DNA of 64,000 bases, taken from Pseudomonadota bacterium. GTDB taxonomy: Bacteria; Myxococcota_A; Polyangia; Polyangiales; JAKSBK01. The notes beneath the pieces are model-generated. The model was not told where the DNA came from. It did no database searches and was given only the letters and a program-made list of their open reading frames with translations. The translations under genes were made by a program, and so were the position numbers. Below are positions 62,149 to 64,000 of the stretch, piece by piece. Location: contig JAKSBK010000527.1 of assembly GCA_022361155.1 (NCBI GenBank), positions 6,381 to 70,380 on the forward strand, given 5' to 3'. Positions within the stretch are counted from its first letter, which is position 1; the number at the start of each line of letters is the position of its first letter.

Positions 62149-63915
62149 ATGGCATACGAACAGCCCTCGAAGGAGTCCGTCGAGCAGGAAGCGCATCACG
62201 AGGAGCACCACGAGCCGCAAGGCTTCGTGTCCAAGTATCTGCTGTCGACCGACCATAAGATCATCTGTTTCCAGTACATGTTAACGGGCATGGCCATGGG
62301 CCTTATCGGCGCTTTCATGGCCTACGTGTTCCGCATGCAGCTCGCCTGGCCGGGCTCGGACGTGCCTTTTTGGGGGCAAGTCTCACCGGCGGAGTACAAC
62401 GCCCTGGTCACAAACCACGGCACGATCATGATCTTCTGGGTCGCGATGCCGGTACTAATCGCGGCCTTCGGAAACCTCTGCATTCCGTTGATGCTCGGCG
62501 CCGACGATATGGTGTTTCCCCGCATCAACCGCCTCTCGTTTCAGGTCTTCTTCCTTAGTGCGGTCGTGCTGATCGCATCCTTCTTGGTGGAGGGGGGTGG
62601 CTTCGGCGGTGCCTGGACGGCCTATCCACCGCTTTCGGCCAAGGCGCACTACAACCTGACGCCTTTGGGCTCCACCCTTTGGGTGATCGCGGTGGGGCTG
62701 GAATTCGTGGCTTTCCTTCTGGGCGGTATCAATTTCGTGACGACGGCAATGAACGCACGCGCCCCCGGCCTGCGCATGTTCGATATGCCCATGGTCGTCT
62801 GGATGATCGTGATCGCCAGCATCTTGTTCATGGCGTCGGTGGGACCGCTGATTGCGGGCGCGGTCATGCTCGTGTTCGACCAAACGGTTGGCACGGGTTT
62901 CTACGACCCGGCAACCGGTGGCGACCCCGTGCTGTGGCAGCATTTGTTTTGGTTTTTTGGGCATCCCGAGGTGTACGTAGTGCTGCTGCCTGCGGTGGGG
63001 ATCAGCTTGGATATCATCCCCACCTTCTCCCGCAAGAAGCTCTTCGGCTACAAGACGATCCTGTACACGGCGATCGCGACGGGGGTGCTGAGCTTCTTTG
63101 TCTGGGCGCACCACCAGTTCGTGTCCGGCATCGACCCGCGCATGGCGAACATCTTCACCGTCACGACGGTGCTGATCTCGGTGCCGCTCGCCGAAATGAC
63201 CTTCGCGGTCATTGCCTCGCTGTACGGCGGAAAGATCCAACTTACGACACCGATGCTGTGGGCTCTGTCCTTTTGGGCCGAGTTCATCATCGGTGGCATT
63301 ACAGGGATCTTCTTGGGTGCGAGCGGCGCAGATATCTATTTCCACGACAACTACTTCGTCCTGGCCCACTTCCACTACACGTTTTATCCCATTGCGATCA
63401 TCGGAACCTTCGCCGGTTTCACTTACTGGTTCCCGAAGATGTTCGGACGCATGATGAACGAGGCCCTGGGCAAGATTCACTTCTGGGTCAGCATTACCTG
63501 TTATAATGCCATCTTCTTTCCCCTGTTCTTCTTGGGTCTAGCGGGCCAACACCGTCGCATCTATAGCTATGAGCACTTCCCCGAGCTGGCTTTGCCCGAG
63601 TACCAAGCCATTCGTGAATTCGCCACCACTGCGTTGATCATCATGCTCTTGGCTCAGGGAGTGTTCTTCTTCAACTGGGTCTGGAGCATGTTCAAGGGCA
63701 AGCCTGCCGGCAAGAATCCTTGGAAGGCCAATACCCTCGAGTGGACTACCGAGTCACCACCCGGACACGGAAACTGGCGCCACGGTGAGTTCCCGAATTG
63801 CTACCGCGGGCCATACGAATACAGCCCCGAAGGCCGGGAGGACGATTACTGGCCGCAGAACGAGCCTCCCGAAGGACATGAGGAGCGTGTCAAACCAGCA
63901 GCTGCGCCTGCCTAG
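62149..63915 (+). CDS. ctaD: Cytochrome c oxidase subunit I (haem-copper oxidase, A-type)
   Basis: GAGGAG before the ATG. WFFGHPEVY, HHQF/HFHY His ligands, 12+ TM segments. Confidence 0.95.
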   Translation: MAYEQPSKESVEQEAHHEEHHEPQGFVSKYLLSTDHKIICFQYMLTGMAMGLIGAFMAYVFRMQLAWPGSDVPFWGQVSPAEYNALVTNHGTIMIFWVAMPVLIAAFGNLCIPLMLGADDMVFPRINRLSFQVFFLSAVVLIASFLVEGGGFGGAWTAYPPLSAKAHYNLTPLGSTLWVIAVGLEFVAFLLGGINFVTTAMNARAPGLRMFDMPMVVWMIVIASILFMASVGPLIAGAVMLVFDQTVGTGFYDPATGGDPVLWQHLFWFFGHPEVYVVLLPAVGISLDIIPTFSRKKLFGYKTILYTAIATGVLSFFVWAHHQFVSGIDPRMANIFTVTTVLISVPLAEMTFAVIASLYGGKIQLTTPMLWALSFWAEFIIGGITGIFLGASGADIYFHDNYFVLAHFHYTFYPIAIIGTFAGFTYWFPKMFGRMMNEALGKIHFWVSITCYNAIFFPLFFLGLAGQHRRIYSYEHFPELALPEYQAIREFATTALIIMLLAQGVFFFNWVWSMFKGKPAGKNPWKANTLEWTTESPPGHGNWRHGEFPNCYRGPYEYSPEGREDDYWPQNEPPEGHEERVKPAAAPA

Positions 63916-63928
63916 TGCCTTCCCAGCT

Positions 63929-63965
63929 CTTGGAGCGACAGGGACTTGGAGCGACAGGGACTTGG
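63929..63965. repeat. 16-bp tandem repeat x2.3 (cttggagcgacaggga) just after the ctaD stop
   Basis: Read directly. Confidence 0.85.
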
Positions 63966-64000
63966 CAACGCGCATTGAGCCGTATACGAACGTGGTCCCA

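Overview
All homology calls below were made by eye from the ORF translations and the DNA, without any search, so gene starts and family assignments need confirmation. This is a high-GC (roughly two-thirds G+C by eye, not computed) bacterial chromosomal segment. The gene content suggests a myxobacterium (Myxococcota): a Glt/Nfs-like envelope operon ending in an AgmX/PglI-type domain, a PilB ATPase, an NtrC-type sigma54 activator, a Ser/Thr-kinase-like protein, a Cys-rich repeat lipoprotein, and Alternative Complex III next to an aa3-type oxidase. That taxonomic call is inference. I call about 50 protein genes. Housekeeping genes: maf, yggS, proC, pepP, def, apbE, carA, pyrC, metH, xthA, purA. 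Also present: C-N hydrolases (nitrilase, guanine-deaminase-like, HutF-like), a ROK kinase, a sulfatase, a DUF4159 + VWA/GATase-like membrane pair, an isolated pilB, a sigma54 enhancer-binding response regulator, an O-methyltransferase, and a short Wza-like polysaccharide exporter. I recognised no rRNA, tRNA, CRISPR array, transposase or phage genes. Many long ORF-track entries are antisense or out-of-frame shadow ORFs typical of high-GC DNA, and I rejected them. Items most worth a second look: (1) an 11.3-kb, seven-gene, translationally coupled operon (33115-44387). It has the GltD-E-F-G / NfsD-E-F-G-like backbone, two unassigned lead genes and an embedded TolQ/ExbB-like gene. No TolR-like partner and no outer-membrane components lie in the window. 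(2) A family of ~155-bp MITE-like elements with 20-21-bp perfect terminal inverted repeats and TAA/TTA flanking duplications. There are two intact copies and at least three relics, all intergenic, and several sit exactly on stop codons. (3) A 662-aa lipoprotein built from GFGG repeats plus about ten CPPG/NCGxCG cysteine-rich modules. (4) A protein kinase homologue lacking all catalytic residues. (5) An actABCDEF - cytochrome c - coxB/ctaD respiratory supercluster.
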